Source: Ramazzottius varieornatus (lineage: Eukaryota; Animalia; Tardigrada). From it: a stretch of DNA of 64,000 nucleotides. Shown piece by piece: positions 26,763-39,927 of the stretch (positions are counted from its first letter, which is position 1; every line of letters begins with the position of its first letter). The notes below the pieces were generated by a model. The model worked only from the letters and a program-made list of their open reading frames with translations. It was not told the DNA's origin and ran no database searches. The stretch lies in contig BDGG01000003.1 of the NCBI GenBank assembly GCA_001949185.1, positions 4,895,092 to 4,959,091 on the forward strand, written 5' to 3'. Made by a program: the position numbers and the translations under genes.

Positions 26763-28053
26763 TTATATTTCGAAACTTTTGGTAGTGAGTTGCTCGTTTT
26801 TAGGTTTGATTGCGCCAGCTAGCAGTAAAAACTTTTCGTGTTCGGGTCGAAGAGGTCTCTCCGTCCTACTGGTCTTTTTGGTCAAGTTGGAGTGCTTGCG
26901 GACGTCATCGACGTCCCCTTCCTTGTTGGCACGGTACTGAGCCTGATAGGCCGGGTGCGCCGTGGTCAGTCCGCCAGCCGGCACTTGGTACGAAGGTACG
27001 CCACTTCCGCTGTACGTTACAGGTGGTCGATGGGCGACCGGAGGTCCGAAGCCCACGCGGCAACACTGGATGAACTCCATGAAAAATTCGCCGGTGTAGG
27101 GGTTAGGCTTCTTGGACACTCCAGTCATAATGTAGCCTTGGGCACAGTAGACGATGAACTGGTTGAGCGAGTCGTAGTACTCAAAGTACTCGTCGTGGGT
27201 TGGTACATAGTAGCAGGAGACGTAGTCGATGTAGTAGCCTGGAAAAAGATGGTGTGTAGACACCCAGACTAATCTGGTAATGTGGGTGTGAAAGAGAGCT
27301 TGACCTGGTGGCGTCTTGCAGCACTTGTAGGGCGTGTAGAGATCTTGAGGGCTTCGATAAATCCAGAAGAAAAGGTTGTTTGCCCAGATTGCTACAACAG
27401 AAATCGTCGTTTACCTCAATCTTCCCCTTCAACCCACATTTTCAAGACTAGTCAGTTTAGGCCACGGTCAGGTCACAGTCCAATGAAAAGACGGACGAAC
27501 CGGTTACGAAGGTATTGACGGTCTGCGTGAAGTTGGCCGGGTCCAAGCAGAAGAAGTCTCTGGTAAGGTTCCGTACATGACATCTGTCAACAGTAAATAT
27601 TTCGCCTCGCTCTACAGTGTATGGTTTTCATGGCGTCATTTATCACTTCGGCCGCAGTGTTTAATTGTTGTTTGTGCGAGCCCTGAAGAACGCCTGTTGG
27701 ATTTTGGTGGTCGATCAGTGAGACTCACCCTGGGTAGTAGGGATATCTTCCCTGACTGGGCGGCTTAAAGGGAAACCTACACGAGAAGATGGCAATCATA
27801 CGGCCGGGGAGTCGATGCAACCCAAGACATGAGGCGTAACTTACGTGAACTTGCACCACACTTGTTGTAGCCTCTGAGACAACAGAAGACATGTCTACTT
27901 TCAGCAGCTGGGTACGGAGTCTTGCGCAAGTACGGTACTTACAAAGAAATCGTCGATCCAATCCCTGAAAATGCAAAGCTATCAATAGTTGGGCCCGAAA
28001 CTCGTCTCATGAGTATGATGAAAAGTTTCGGTCGAAGGCACTTACTGTATTCC
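26763..28053 (-). CDS. Secreted Cys/Tyr-rich three-repeat protein family, copy D (5' end unresolved)
   Basis: IGIQ|DWIDDFF|RLQQVWCKFT|FPFKPPSQGRYPYYPG|CHVRNLTRDFFCLD..NTFVT|AIWANN..YKCCKTPP|GYYIDYVSCYYVPTHD..YCAQGYIMTG..IQCCRVGFG. Homologous to the copies at 35-41 kb. Confidence 0.78.
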
Positions 28054-30873
28054 AATCTGCAACGAGACAACCGAATGCATTTAGACACGACAATACGTAG
28101 CCCAGTGACATCGGACGCCTGCCGCAGCCGGCTTAGGCTGGCTCCACATGAAAAAAAATTCCCACTTGTTCAGGAAAAGGTTTTTTCGTGCGGGGGTTTG
28201 GGGAGCATTAATGTAGTAACGGCTCGTAGAATGCTGAATGGAGAACGTCTTGGTGCAAAGTTCAGTCTCGGCAGAAGTCCCCGAGTAGAGTTATGAATTT
28301 TTTCTTGTTTTGGGGTCCAATGTTTAGCGACAGAAAACTCTAACCGACGCCGCACCTGTGAAGATCTGCGCACTGTGAAGATTTGCCAGCTACCGGAACC
28401 ACAACCGACTTGTGTCCTAGCTGTAGTTAATAGGTTAACCATATCGAGCGAAATTGGAAGAACTTTGGAACAAACGACGACAAACGTCCATCAAGGAGAT
28501 TGTCTTTTATGTTAGGCCGTTCGGGACAAGCCCACATAGACAGTCACCGTTTTGCAATTCGTGTGGGGCTTGCCTGTCCGGCTTGCCAACCACTTTTTCA
28601 AAAATCGACATTAAATTTCTCTTGCCAAGGGAATCTCGCCTTTCACACATGCCTAAGCTAGACCCAGGAATGGTGGGAAAACGACCACCCCAAACGGCTC
28701 TGATATATAAGACCGGGAAATTCCCATCCTGAAAAAACAGGGTGGGAACGGCAGGATGGAAAATCTGGGTGGAAATCACTGGAGTGCTGCTAAACCTTGG
28801 CTCCACCTGAGCAAGGTGAGCCAAAATGCTCAATAACTAAAACATCCAGCCATCAAGATAGCGCGGCTGCGACTCGTGAACTGGAAACCATCGCGTCGAA
28901 CGTAGTTCTGTTGCAATAGGCAATTTTCGAAACTTTGAAATTCGGATGATTGGCAGGTCATGAACGTCAAATCTCAAGAGGGAGAACTGGTCGTCTTGAT
29001 TTTCTTCTGACCGCACTGATGACTACAAAATTTATCCCAGGTTTGGCTTCGATAGATAAGACTGTCCCCAGTGCTCCAGTTTTTTTCTGAGCGAATACCG
29101 TGCACGTATCTCGCGCGAAGAGACGAAACACCAAATTTCACCAAAACCACCCGAAACCGTAGAAAAAATTTCCAGCGTGCTGGAGTTTTGCTGACCGCTG
29201 GTCATTAGTGTTGCTTTGGTGAGAAGACCGAGGTACATGCAAACAAAAAGACCCAGACCCGAAAGACCAAAAGCTAAAACTGGGAGGTGAATAAAACTGA
29301 GTGATTGTATGCACAAGGAGGACGGTCGTACGCAGAGTGTTAACTACGTCTTGACTAAAATCGGCCCCACACTGCGCCTTGGCGATGTCAGTCAAGAGCT
29401 TGATCATGCGTCCTGCTCACTAGCAAGGCGATGTTTAGCAGCACATCAGTGGTGGAAATCTCAGTTTCCGAAGCACACCTGGATGGTGGGAGCATTCATT
29501 AATGACGCCAGGTTTCGATATTAGGAGGCTTTTGTAACATTTCTGACAGGTTTCACGTACTCGTCATCCCTCCCTGGGAAACTGATGTCATTGATAGATG
29601 CACCCTAATCAGCACAGAGCAGGCGATTCCGGGGAGGCTACAGAAAACGAGCGCTGCAGCTGATACTGTGTCATTCATCCTGCGGTTTCTATTGGGACGC
29701 GTGGTATTACTGACTTTCTTGACTCGCCATATACAGTCTTTCCTACGAGATGTGACAACTTCTTATTCGCCTACTTCCATTCCAATCTTACTACTACCAA
29801 GTTTTAGGTTACGATGGTATCAATTTCGCAAGAGTTACCGAATTGTCTGTTGAAAGTTTTGGTCGGAAGTCGAACCGAGTCGTGAGAATATTTTTGAGGT
29901 GTTACTTTTCGGAGAACGCCTATACAGAAAAGTACTTGACCACTAACATTCGCGGACAGTTCATGTTTGTATAGTTATGTGAGTCTGATTTATAACTGGA
30001 AATCACGTTCACTGTAATCAAGTGACCGACATGCCGTAAGCCATCCGACAGCCGTAAGCCATGTGAGTTCGCAAATAACACTGGATGTTGAACTGCGGAA
30101 CTTCTGAGCAGCAGGCTGACCAGACTTTTGATCTCCTGCGAGTGCACTCTCACTACTGCGATCCACTGTTTCTGCCGTGGTCAGTTTCAGCAATATGGTC
30201 AGCGAAGTAGCTTTCGAGGGTGATATATGTGAAAAGAAAACAAATACGCAAGGTGGTGTAAACAAGCATGGAGACAACCAATCCTGGTGTGTTCCGATCG
30301 TGCTGACCGGTATAATATCACACACAACAGCGAATTCTGCGTGTCTCGGGCAGTTTTTCTCCACGCTTCGGCACCGAATTCTATCCCACTAGATCGGTAC
30401 TTTAAAGTATTAGTTCCGGTTTGGAAAAAAATAAATGTTACGATAAATTGCGGAGAGCCATTTACCACGCGGAAAGCTTCGGTGTATTGTGTTTGAGCGT
30501 ACAGTCGTTGTTTGGTCTGGTTTGGTTTGTGCGCGCTATGCTTTTTGTAGTATAACGGTCAGGCTGACTGTCTCTCAATAATGAGTGATTCCCCTAGACC
30601 TCTATTTAAAAAATCGTATGTCCTGTCCCTGCAACCTGATTCCGATCGTTCGAAATGTTTATAAAAGAACAAAAGTTGGTTCACATGGTCATGTGACACG
30701 GCATGAACAGAGTCAGGAAACCAGTCGGCATGGCGAACAATTTTCAGAACTTGGTATTTTTTGTCCACCACAGCCTGATCTGGGCACGTCGAGCCTCTGC
30801 ATCCTCGCATCCTCAAAATGCACCAAACATCGGACTCCCGAAAAAAACAAGAAGTAAGACAATCGGACGTTTC

Positions 30874-31125
30874 GTCGAGGATTCACGTGTGGCGACCAAA
30901 TGGCTGTTTTGACGGTTCAATCTACCTTCGATTTCGAATTAAGCAAAATTCTGCGTCAGTGGCGAAACCTTGAGGGAATTTGGTTGTTTCCCGGCATAAC
31001 ACATTCATTCTTACCAATCAGCCACGAGTAGGACGAACAAAACAGAAAACTACGGGTTCTGAAAATTTGAAAATCTAGAAAGACCATCAGAACAGCCATT
31101 TGGTCGGCACAGGTTACTCCTCGAC
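30874..31125. mobile_element. MITE-like element with ~43-bp TIRs
   Basis: GTCGAGGATTCACGTGTGGCGACCAAATGGCTGTTTTGACGGT vs reverse complement of the right end, GTCGAGGAGTAACCTGTGCCGACCAAATGGCTGTTCTGATGGT. TSD not seen. Confidence 0.7.
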
Positions 31126-31194
31126 ACTTTGATATAGCGTATTTCGTTTCCCACTCTAAATTGGTTTGCTAGCCTACCCCTGCTTCCACACAGC

Positions 31195-31831
31195 TAGTGC
31201 TGGAAAAAATACGATAAAATTTGATACGATTTTTTTTGATAAAATATAGCCGGATATTTCGTCGCGGTCTTCGATATTCATTCAGTTACGATATTTCGAT
31301 ACGATATTTCTCCAATACCTTATTTTTGATATATTGTATCATATCGCAGCGATATATCGATATTTCTGCAGTTTTAATTTTTTCGAAATTCTACTGGTTC
31401 AAGCTCAAGAACGCAAAGCACCGTTTTCCACATCATCTTTTAGTAAGATTGGAAGCGTCAGATGCAGCAAAAACGTGACTTTACCAATACTTTAAACACA
31501 TGGAAACCTTGATAAAATTATTACCAAAACCAAATGGGGGGATCGTGCTCGCCTGCTCGGTATACGATAGTCAGAATCAAGGCTTTGAAATCAACAATAG
31601 TTTTTCGTAAACCTGATGGTATTTCCGAGTTTGCTATTCAGCAAAATACCGATATATCGAAAATAAATCGATATGGCGCGATACGATATCGCCGAACACT
31701 TATTAGATATGAGCGTTATTAGATATGAGCTTCATGTCGATATCTTCGATACGATATCTGCCGCATATTTTATCGCAAAGATTCGGTATATCTCGATACG
31801 ATATCGGTATACCGTATCGTTGCCAGGACTA
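31195..31831. mobile_element. hAT-type non-autonomous element (637 bp) with 8-bp TSD CACACAGC
   Basis: Termini TAGTGCTGG / (rc) TAGTCCTGG. TSD at 31187-31194 and 31832-31839. Dense CGATA/TATCG subterminal motifs at both ends. Confidence 0.88.
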
Positions 31832-32252
31832 CACACAGCAATAAGTGGTCAAAGGAAAGAGTGGCCGCTGGTTAGCATTTTCTTATGCCGTCGAAGCCTG
31901 TCGGACGATGAACATCCATGTCTTTGAACATTTTGTAAAACTGGCTGTGGAAAAGTGCCCTGTCGCACGCATGCGGCTAATGTGGCCAACCGGCTACGAT
32001 AGGCGTCTGATTCATACAACATACAGTAATAATTTGCACCTCAAGGTTGAGACTTGCACAGATCGAAGAAGAATCTTACCATGGCTTCTCCATCTAGACA
32101 TTCCACATTCCACTTCCGACCGGGCAGCTGCGTTCCGCCATGCATATGAAAGCTCTGTATCATGGTGTCACCCTACAGCGCACATCAAAAGTAAGCTCTG
32201 TCTGGATTGTCCAGTGGTTTCACAGTTATCCTCCATCAATCCTTTGTAAGTA

Positions 32253-34231
32253 CACACAGGACGAGAAATTAAGGGCCAGAAAAAATGATGGGATCTTGTA
32301 AAGTGCTGATCAGCTGGGTCATTTTTTGGACCCGGTGCGTGTATTAATATCGCTAGCAAAAATCCAAACATATGAGGATTAGCTGTAATTCACTGTCCAT
32401 CAAACTTGGACAGCTCATTCTCGTAACGAACCGTCCATGACACTTGCAAGTGTTTTACTCTTCAGACATCTCGCATCCAAAATTATTCGCCGAAGCTTCA
32501 TCATTGCCTTCATCTTCGTCACCAGAATCTAAGAAAGACGACTCGTTGTAGCTACTGATATCCAGAATATTGTTTTCTTCATCTACGTTCAAATCTACAG
32601 TCTTTCCTACGATGGTTCTTCAGACAGAGATTCATCCCTACGTAAGATACAGCCGCCTAGAAAAATCCCTGAAAAACCTCTTGAGTTATCTTTGCCCAAG
32701 GGTTCGAGATGAACTGCTGAAGTGATGAACGAGATGAACTTTCGAGATGAACTGATGAAGTGTCTTCTGCCTGGTTTCTGAATACAGCTGGACTTGCTGA
32801 AGATGTTATTCTTGCGCCAGTTACGGTATTCTTCATCGAAAGAGTCCTTGAAGGGTTTATTCACACTTACGTCGAGAAATTGCCACTGTCATCTCAGGGA
32901 GAATCAGGATCTCTGATCTTTTTCTACTGGCGCAGGGAAGTGCATGTTATGGTAGTCTTTCTCGATTTCTTGACTCCACCAGGCTTTCTTTGCACTTAAA
33001 GTTATGACATTAGAAGGCGCGATGAGTTTCTTCAGACAGCTGTCCGCAAGTTTTCCTGATTTGGCCACCGTCTTGAAAATTATCTCGGCTGGAAATTTCG
33101 TGCCGTCGGCTTTAATCGTCAGGCTGATGGTGATACCTTCTTTTTCGCCTTCTGGATGTTTCACAGGTACGAGTAACAGTTCCGGTCAGCGAAAGAGAAG
33201 CTTCAGCTTCTTGCAAAAACTTTAGGACTGATGTTTCGGGCCAATTCCTACCTGTTTCACTCCTTTAGGAGACAAAGTCTTCTTTCCTGGAATAACCAGA
33301 CGGATCATGGTTTGGTCTGAGTCAACTATGCGGATCTTTGGGGTATTCCTGTTGTAAAAGTACTCCTGGATTTGAAGGAAGAAGAAGCAGTGCGATTCCT
33401 GCAAATAAGACCTGGTTTCAACTATTCTCTAATATGCTCCACACCATCCAGCCAGCCATTATATATAAAAGTTAGGCCTTGGCAAGCAGTCTCGTGAAAT
33501 TTTTCGTCCAGTCAAATTAAAACCAGGCACTTACTAGATCCTCGGCGGTAAACGTTAACTTCCGGCTGATGTGCGTTACTGCTCGGTTTCCGATCCCGTA
33601 GCGGTTTTGAAAGTCCAAGGTCCATCTGTTTGATGCCTTGAAGCCTGTTTCACCATGATCCCGAAGCACGACTTCCATAGCCTTCTACTGCACATCTCTG
33701 TTTGACACTTCCAGACACCGGTGACGCTGATCTGGGACATAGCGATACACTTCTGTTTCCATCTTCGGGTACGTCACAGGTCGCTTCTTGCTAGTTTCTG
33801 AGGTCCTGGAGATTTAGAAACCCAGCGGAACAGTGTTGACTTAGGGGTGTTCACACGGAAGGCATATTTTCGTACAGAAACTCCACTGACGCTCTTATCC
33901 ACTTCGTAATCTTCCGCGATGCGATGTCTTTCCGCATCGGAGTAGTCGTGCTGGTTGCGCTTTCGGACTTTACAATGATTTGGCTTCATCGTCATACAAA
34001 GCAAAGGCACCAAAGGAGGAATTTATCAGAAGCAAGAGATGATTCAAACTCGCAAGTGGTCAGTGGGTAACAAAAACTGACATCAAATGTAAAATTGAAC
34101 CAGGTGTCTATCGACTGCAAACAACTGTGTGAAAAGCCCACACCCGGGGGGCTCATTACGCTATGTGGGTCCGAAAAGTGACCCAGCTGATCAGCAGTCA
34201 CCACTTTACAGTATTTTTCTCATCGTGTGTG
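32253..34231 (-). mobile_element. Decayed pogo/Tigger-family DNA transposon with TA TSD
   Basis: Ends TA|CACACAGGACGAGAAA and TTTCTCATCGTGTGTG|TA, plus a subterminal inverted block TGCTGATCAGCTGGGTCA.TTTT.GGACCC. Interrupted transposase: HTH (YAFRVNTPKSTLFRWV), IVDSDQT, KEGITISLTIKADGTKFPAEIIFK, KKAWW, NKPFKD (DDE_1-like). Confidence 0.88.
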
Positions 34232-35107
34232 TACAGTTTACGCCAAAAGTAACCGTCAAAAATGGGCGTAACACTCCAGCTGAACTTACTTACGACTCAA
34301 CCAATGAGAACTAGGTTTTGCCACATGCACAAATTTCATTGGCTTTATCCATCTGGATCCATACACCCATTTTTAACGGTTTATTTTGTCCGTACACTGT
34401 ACTGTAGCATTGCAACTTCCGGGTTGACTACCGGTGCTTTTCCACAGCAAGCTCAACTTACCGATCCATAACTGATGTAGCTGTTGTAGTACCGATTGGT
34501 GGTATTACTATCACGGATGGCTAAACACAAGATAAAAACGAAAATAAAGAAAGCCGACGTCTTCATATCAAATTTAAACGGAATTAAACTTGTCTAGCCG
34601 CTCGATCGGCTCATCTAATAGATCCATTCGTAATGCACAATATCACCGATGAATTGCCTATATTCAAAAAGAAAACTCTTCTTTGTGTGAGCGCTCTCTA
34701 GTAAACAGCACGGTCAGTCTGCGCAGCAGTAAACTACGGAAGAGATTTCCGAGTTTATTCTGGCAGAATGACATCTTCGTGTGTCAGAAAGACCTGAAAT
34801 ACGGACCATAAAGTTATGCCGCAGGCCGGGTCATTTGCCTCGACTTCTGAAGTCGGTGAATCTACACCTGAGATTTTTCCGCCGTACACTGCTAACTTGT
34901 ATATTTGACGGCCTGCACCCCGGCTTCCCCAGACAGGCCATAATTATATTGGCATTTACAGTTTTCTTCAACGCATTGTAAACTGGGAAATAATTAAGAT
35001 TTACCCGAATGCATCGCTCTGTAATCCATATTCCAAAAATACCTTTGATTGACCAGAAGTTCTGGAAACCCAAGCTTCATATTTCAAGGCTTTCATCGTA
35101 CATGGCG

Positions 35108-36547
35108 CTACCTTGGCCGCTCTTTGACCAAGAGGAACTGCTTTATTTCTGGACGAAGCGGACCCTCACTTGCGCTCTGTCGAATTGTCAGGGTTGAGTT
35201 GGGAAAGTAGTCACTAGATGCCTCATCGTCCTTCCCCGCTTCGCTGTTTGCTCGGTATTGTGACTGGTAGGCTGAAGTAGGAATACTTTTTGCGCCAGTA
35301 GCTGCCTGGTAGGAGCGTATCTTGTTGCCGCTGTAGGTGACTGGTGGTGGGTGGGAAGTTGCAGGTCCGAAGCCGACGCGGCAGCACTGAATTCAATCGA
35401 AGAACCACTCACCTGTGAAGCGGCTAATCTTCTTCGATATTCCTGTCATGACGTAGCCTTGAGCACAGTAGACAATCAACTGGTTGAGCGAGTCGTAGTA
35501 CTCAAAGTACGGGTCGTGCGTTGGTACGTAGTAGCAGGAGACATAGTCGACGTAGTAGCCTGTACAATACAAAGATGGCGGGTAAATGCACCTCAACCAT
35601 TGTGGCGGTGAAAGGGAGCCTGACCTGGTAGCGTCTTGCAGCATTTGTAGGCCTGTAGGCATCCTGAGGAACCCGATAGATCCAGAAAAACAGGTTGTTA
35701 GCCCAGATTGCTAGAACATGCAGAAAGGTGGGTAGGAAACATCGGCAAATAATATGGCCCTGATCGCTTTTCCAAGTGGCGCACCCTCTCAGCCGAAAAT
35801 AATGGGGAAGTGCGCTACTTCAGGTGGCGATGTGGGTGAGATCATTTGCCGACGTCCCATAAATCGTGATACTGTCCGACATCGCTGGAGTAAGATTGAA
35901 GGAGATTGGTTGTCTGAAGGAGCAACCTCAAGGCTGGGGCCGGAGTGACCTGTCATGAAAGTGTTGACGGTCTGCGTCAGGTTGGCGGGATTGAGACATT
36001 GAAATCCTGTGTCAGGTTTCTGACGTGGCACCTGTCATCAGACAGTCAATATTCTTGCTGACGCATAACCGAGTGTGACAAATCCTGCACATACCCTCTG
36101 TGATATGGGTAAAGTCCCTGTGACGGGGGCTTGAAGGGGAACCCAGAACGCACAAGCTTCATATCGCAGTTCCGACCGAAATCGATGAGGTGACAGAGTG
36201 GCACCACACAGTACAAAGCCATTCTGTGTGCTTAGGTAAATTTGCACCACGTTTCTTCCAACGTCTAGAATGGACAAATGGGTAATACATGGACGAATGG
36301 AAACTTCGTAAAGTCAACTGGATTAATGCTGACAAAGGGGCTGGAAAGTTCTGTATCATGGTGTCCCCCTGAAACCAAACATATTATTTACGGGCTGAAG
36401 ACAGTTTCTTCGAAGTGTGTTCTTCGAGAACAAATTAAGTGCCGAAGGACCTACCAACCCGTAGCTGATGTGGGAGTTGTAATATCGGTTCGTTGCATCG
36501 CTTCTCCAAAAGCTCAAACAAAAAATCAAAAGGGAAAAAGAAAACAT
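35108..36547 (-). pseudogene. Cys/Tyr-rich family copy C, pseudogene
   Basis: TGA at 35393-35395 where copies A/B have Trp (EWIQCC). 1-nt deletion near 36000 relative to copy D. Splice sites apparently mutated (CTAAG donor). Homology to copy D continues past the stop. Confidence 0.8.
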
Positions 36548-37064
36548 CAAGTCCACACCAAAGTGACGCTTAATAGCGTATTGCGTTTCGTCTGGCAGTG
36601 GCAAGATGTTCCAGTTCCCATGAACGATCGCCGACCATTCTATGAATCGCTACAATCCGTTTGTAGGAATTGTATATGAAAGTACACCGAGATGCTATTC
36701 GACAGAACGACGGTGAAAAGATCACACAAAAGGCAACTTCACCGAGCGAAAAAAAATGCGAAAGAGCCATTTAGAGTGAGTTCACCCGAAGTGACATCTT
36801 CTTGTTTAACAAAGAACTGAAAGGTTTTAAACATCGCGCCTCAGGGAATTTGACCGTGAGAATGCGAAGGACTTCAAAATTATGCACGTCAATCTGTCAC
36901 ACAAAATCAATACATCAAGTGATGAAACAATTGACATGTGACACAAAGATTTCAATCTTCGTAGTAACGTTAAAACAAGCTGTAAAGGGTCGTAATTGAA
37001 CGCAAAAGCCATTGAAATTGAATCCATCGTGGAAGTAAGATAGACTTAGCAATATTCGGCTGTG

Positions 37065-38807
37065 TTAGCTAGAGTCTGAGAAACTCAAGCCTAAACCATC
37101 TGTTGATTGGCTGGACTCCAAGGACCGCGACTGCCGGTACTGTTCCTTGTACTGACCCGCCACCAAGGGCGGCATACCCTCCACACCACGCGGAGCGTAG
37201 TAGGCCGCCGAGCCCGATCGCGAGTAGATGATCGGCGGTGCCACATTGACCGGCTGGCCGAACCCAACGCGACAACATTGAATCCACTCGATAGTGTACT
37301 CGAAGCCGCGGTACGGATTTTTCTTCTTGGCGGCGGCCACCATGACGTAACCTTGAGCGCAAAAGACCAGGTTGGCACTCTGGGCGTCGTAGTACTCCCA
37401 ATACATGTCGTGAGTCGGCATGTAGTAGCAGGAGACATAGTCGATATAGTAGCCTGGATAAAGATGGTGCAGAGACAAGCTAAGCAATGTGGCGGTGTAC
37501 GCAACCTCACCTGTCGGGGTCTTGCAGCATTTAATAGGCTGGAAATCGTCGTTCAAGCCGAAGGGGTCGCCCAGTACGGTACCATTTGTTTGGTAGATGT
37601 AAAAGTTTGAAGTTCGTGCCCATATTCCCGTCATGAATGTGTTGGACGTTTGAGAGTGGCGGGATGGGTCGTAGCAAAAGTACTGGTCCGTCATGTTCCG
37701 TACATGGCACCTGCATGCGGAAAAGGCGGTGGTCAATGCCAGTTTTTGAGATACCGGCTGTGGAAACTGGTGTGCGAATTCAGTCAGATCGTTTCCTCAA
37801 GTGGTGCATGCTGTCAGTCAACTACACTGAGAGCGTGCGCCACACGAGACCGCGAATCGGCCGAGTCGCGAGATCTCTTTCTCAAGTGGCGCAAGACCTC
37901 AACCAACTATAATGCAAACGTGCTCCACTTGAGACAGCGATCTGGCCGAAGTCATTTGCCGACAACGTTACATCTCCGGCCCGAAGTATTTGTAATTTTC
38001 ACCCTTGATAGTACGGGTAGGCACCGTTGGAGTGCGGCTTGAAGGGGAAAGTGAATTTGCACCACACTGTCTGTATCCTCTAAAAACAAGACCCGTTGGG
38101 CGGTACTTGGGTACGAATCATAAAAATGGAAAATATGGTGATTACCGAAAAGTCTTCTTGCCAGTCGCTGCAGAACAAAATATAAAAAGGCAGGTTAATA
38201 GCTGCAGAACTATCGAAGACCCCATGCCCGGCACTTACTTGATTCCAACCTAGAACAGAAAATTGTAATTGATCGTGGAAATGAGTTGTATGTACGTAGG
38301 CCGCTGACTAGATTGTCGAGACTCAATAAATATATATCCATCTATCTATCTATCTATCTATAATACGTGGAATTATTTATTATTATAACTATTCAAAAAA
38401 GTTCCAATATAAATCACAGTATTTATAACACGTGAAAATTAATCACAAAAAATTTAAATGGTCTGGTTCTCTCTTTAGACACGCTTACGATGGCTTCTCC
38501 ATCCATGCATTCGACATTCCATTTGCGGTGAGGCTCGAAGCTCCCTCCGTGCGCTTGTAATGTCGATATCATTGTGTCTCCCTGTAATAGTGCGAGTGGT
38601 TGGTCAGTACAGAACAACTTTGGCATGCACCTGCACGCATGGCTAAAAGACCTCACAGAGAGGTCAAGACTCTTTTACCGAGCCGAATGTGATGTAGGTG
38701 TTATAGTAACGGTAACTGCTCCGCACGGGCACAATGTAACATAGGAAAAGTCCGAGTACATCCAGGAAAAGCGGGGCTCCGAAAGAACAAACATGGCTGA
38801 GCATCAT
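37065..38807 (-). CDS. Secreted Cys/Tyr-rich three-repeat protein, copy A
   Basis: Signal-like MMLSHVCSFGAPLFLDVLGLFLCYIVPVRS. Then GDTMISTL..KWNVECMDGEAI, micro-exons at 38239-38249 and 38146-38167, and CHVRNMTDQ..CCKTPT|GYYIDY..CCRVGFG. Hairpin dimer in intron at ~37785-37950. Confidence 0.82.
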
Positions 38808-39654
38808 AACTCTGCATCGCAGCAGGTCCTAGCAGCTCCAAGTTATCCAAAGGATCACTAGTGAGCTAGCCATCTAACGACAAAGTTCCGCCAAAAATTC
38901 ACCGTTCGTGCAACGAACCAATCGAAGATCTAGGCAGCTTTTCACGTTTGGGAACGAGGAAGTAAAGTTCACATAGCTTCTGATTTCTAATATCAACAGA
39001 AATGTGCGGTACTATAGCCAAGTCTGACATGCACCTTTCTAGCCACATGCGGCTGCGCGATGTAATTCAATCACCAGTTAGTTTTCATTTTGGATTTCGA
39101 AGGTCCTCACTACACACAGCGTAGAGGCGCACGGTGAGATAAACGTCAAAGTCAAGAATGGAAAAAATCTTCGCACAGTCGACGTTGTATGCGTCACTAT
39201 TCAGGAAGCGGTGGGATAGTCAAGAATCTTTTTGTCAAAACAGCATGTCGCCATTATACGCATTACCGCTTCTCACACCCTACATGAACGTTTCAAAAGT
39301 TTTTTCACGTCCCACTGTCTGAGACGAATTAACTTTTCGCAAAGCACTTGAACGGAAAAAAATTGTCATGCTCCACGGTACAGTTTCTGACGCCTTCAAT
39401 GGCCAGCATCATGTAATGAACCTAATGATCCTATCGAGGATGGTTAAATGTCCGCCTTTACACAAGAATTATTCCGATACAAGATGAATCAAGACTGCAC
39501 CGCAAATATCGCATTTGCCCAGAGCTGTTTCGTATCTTCTTCAGACCTGAGGCGAGAAGCTCTGACATGGTCCCAAATAACACATCTCAATCAACAGCCC
39601 GACTAGAAAATCGGGACGTCTAGATCTACAGTTGGATCCGTCGGTAAGCAACCT

Positions 39655-39905
39655 TGATAAGATGACTTTTCCAAGCGGCGCAGGCAGCCAGCCAATGTCA
39701 CTGGAAACGTGCGCCATTTCGGAAAACGATCTTGTCGAAACAGATTGTTTCCCCAAGTGGCGCACATTTGCGGCCAGTGACACTGATAGCGTGCGTCACT
39801 AGGAAAACCAAAGCAAACTAGGGCGAACTTGCTTTTCCAAGTGGCGCACGCTGCCAGCCAGCGATACTGAGATCCTGCGCGAGTTAGAAAAAATGTTCTT
39901 GTCAG
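39655..39905. repeat. Hairpin repeat family, 3 units
   Basis: Three CAAG(C/T)GGCGCA..TGCG(C/T)CA stem-loops just past the copy B stop codon. Confidence 0.8.
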
Positions 39906-39927
39906 TTTGCAAACCGACGTTCCCAAC

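Noticed and set aside
35393-35395. In-frame TGA as selenocysteine or readthrough
   Set aside because: It aligns to Trp/Phe in the paralogues rather than Cys, and the same copy has a frameshift and damaged splice sites.
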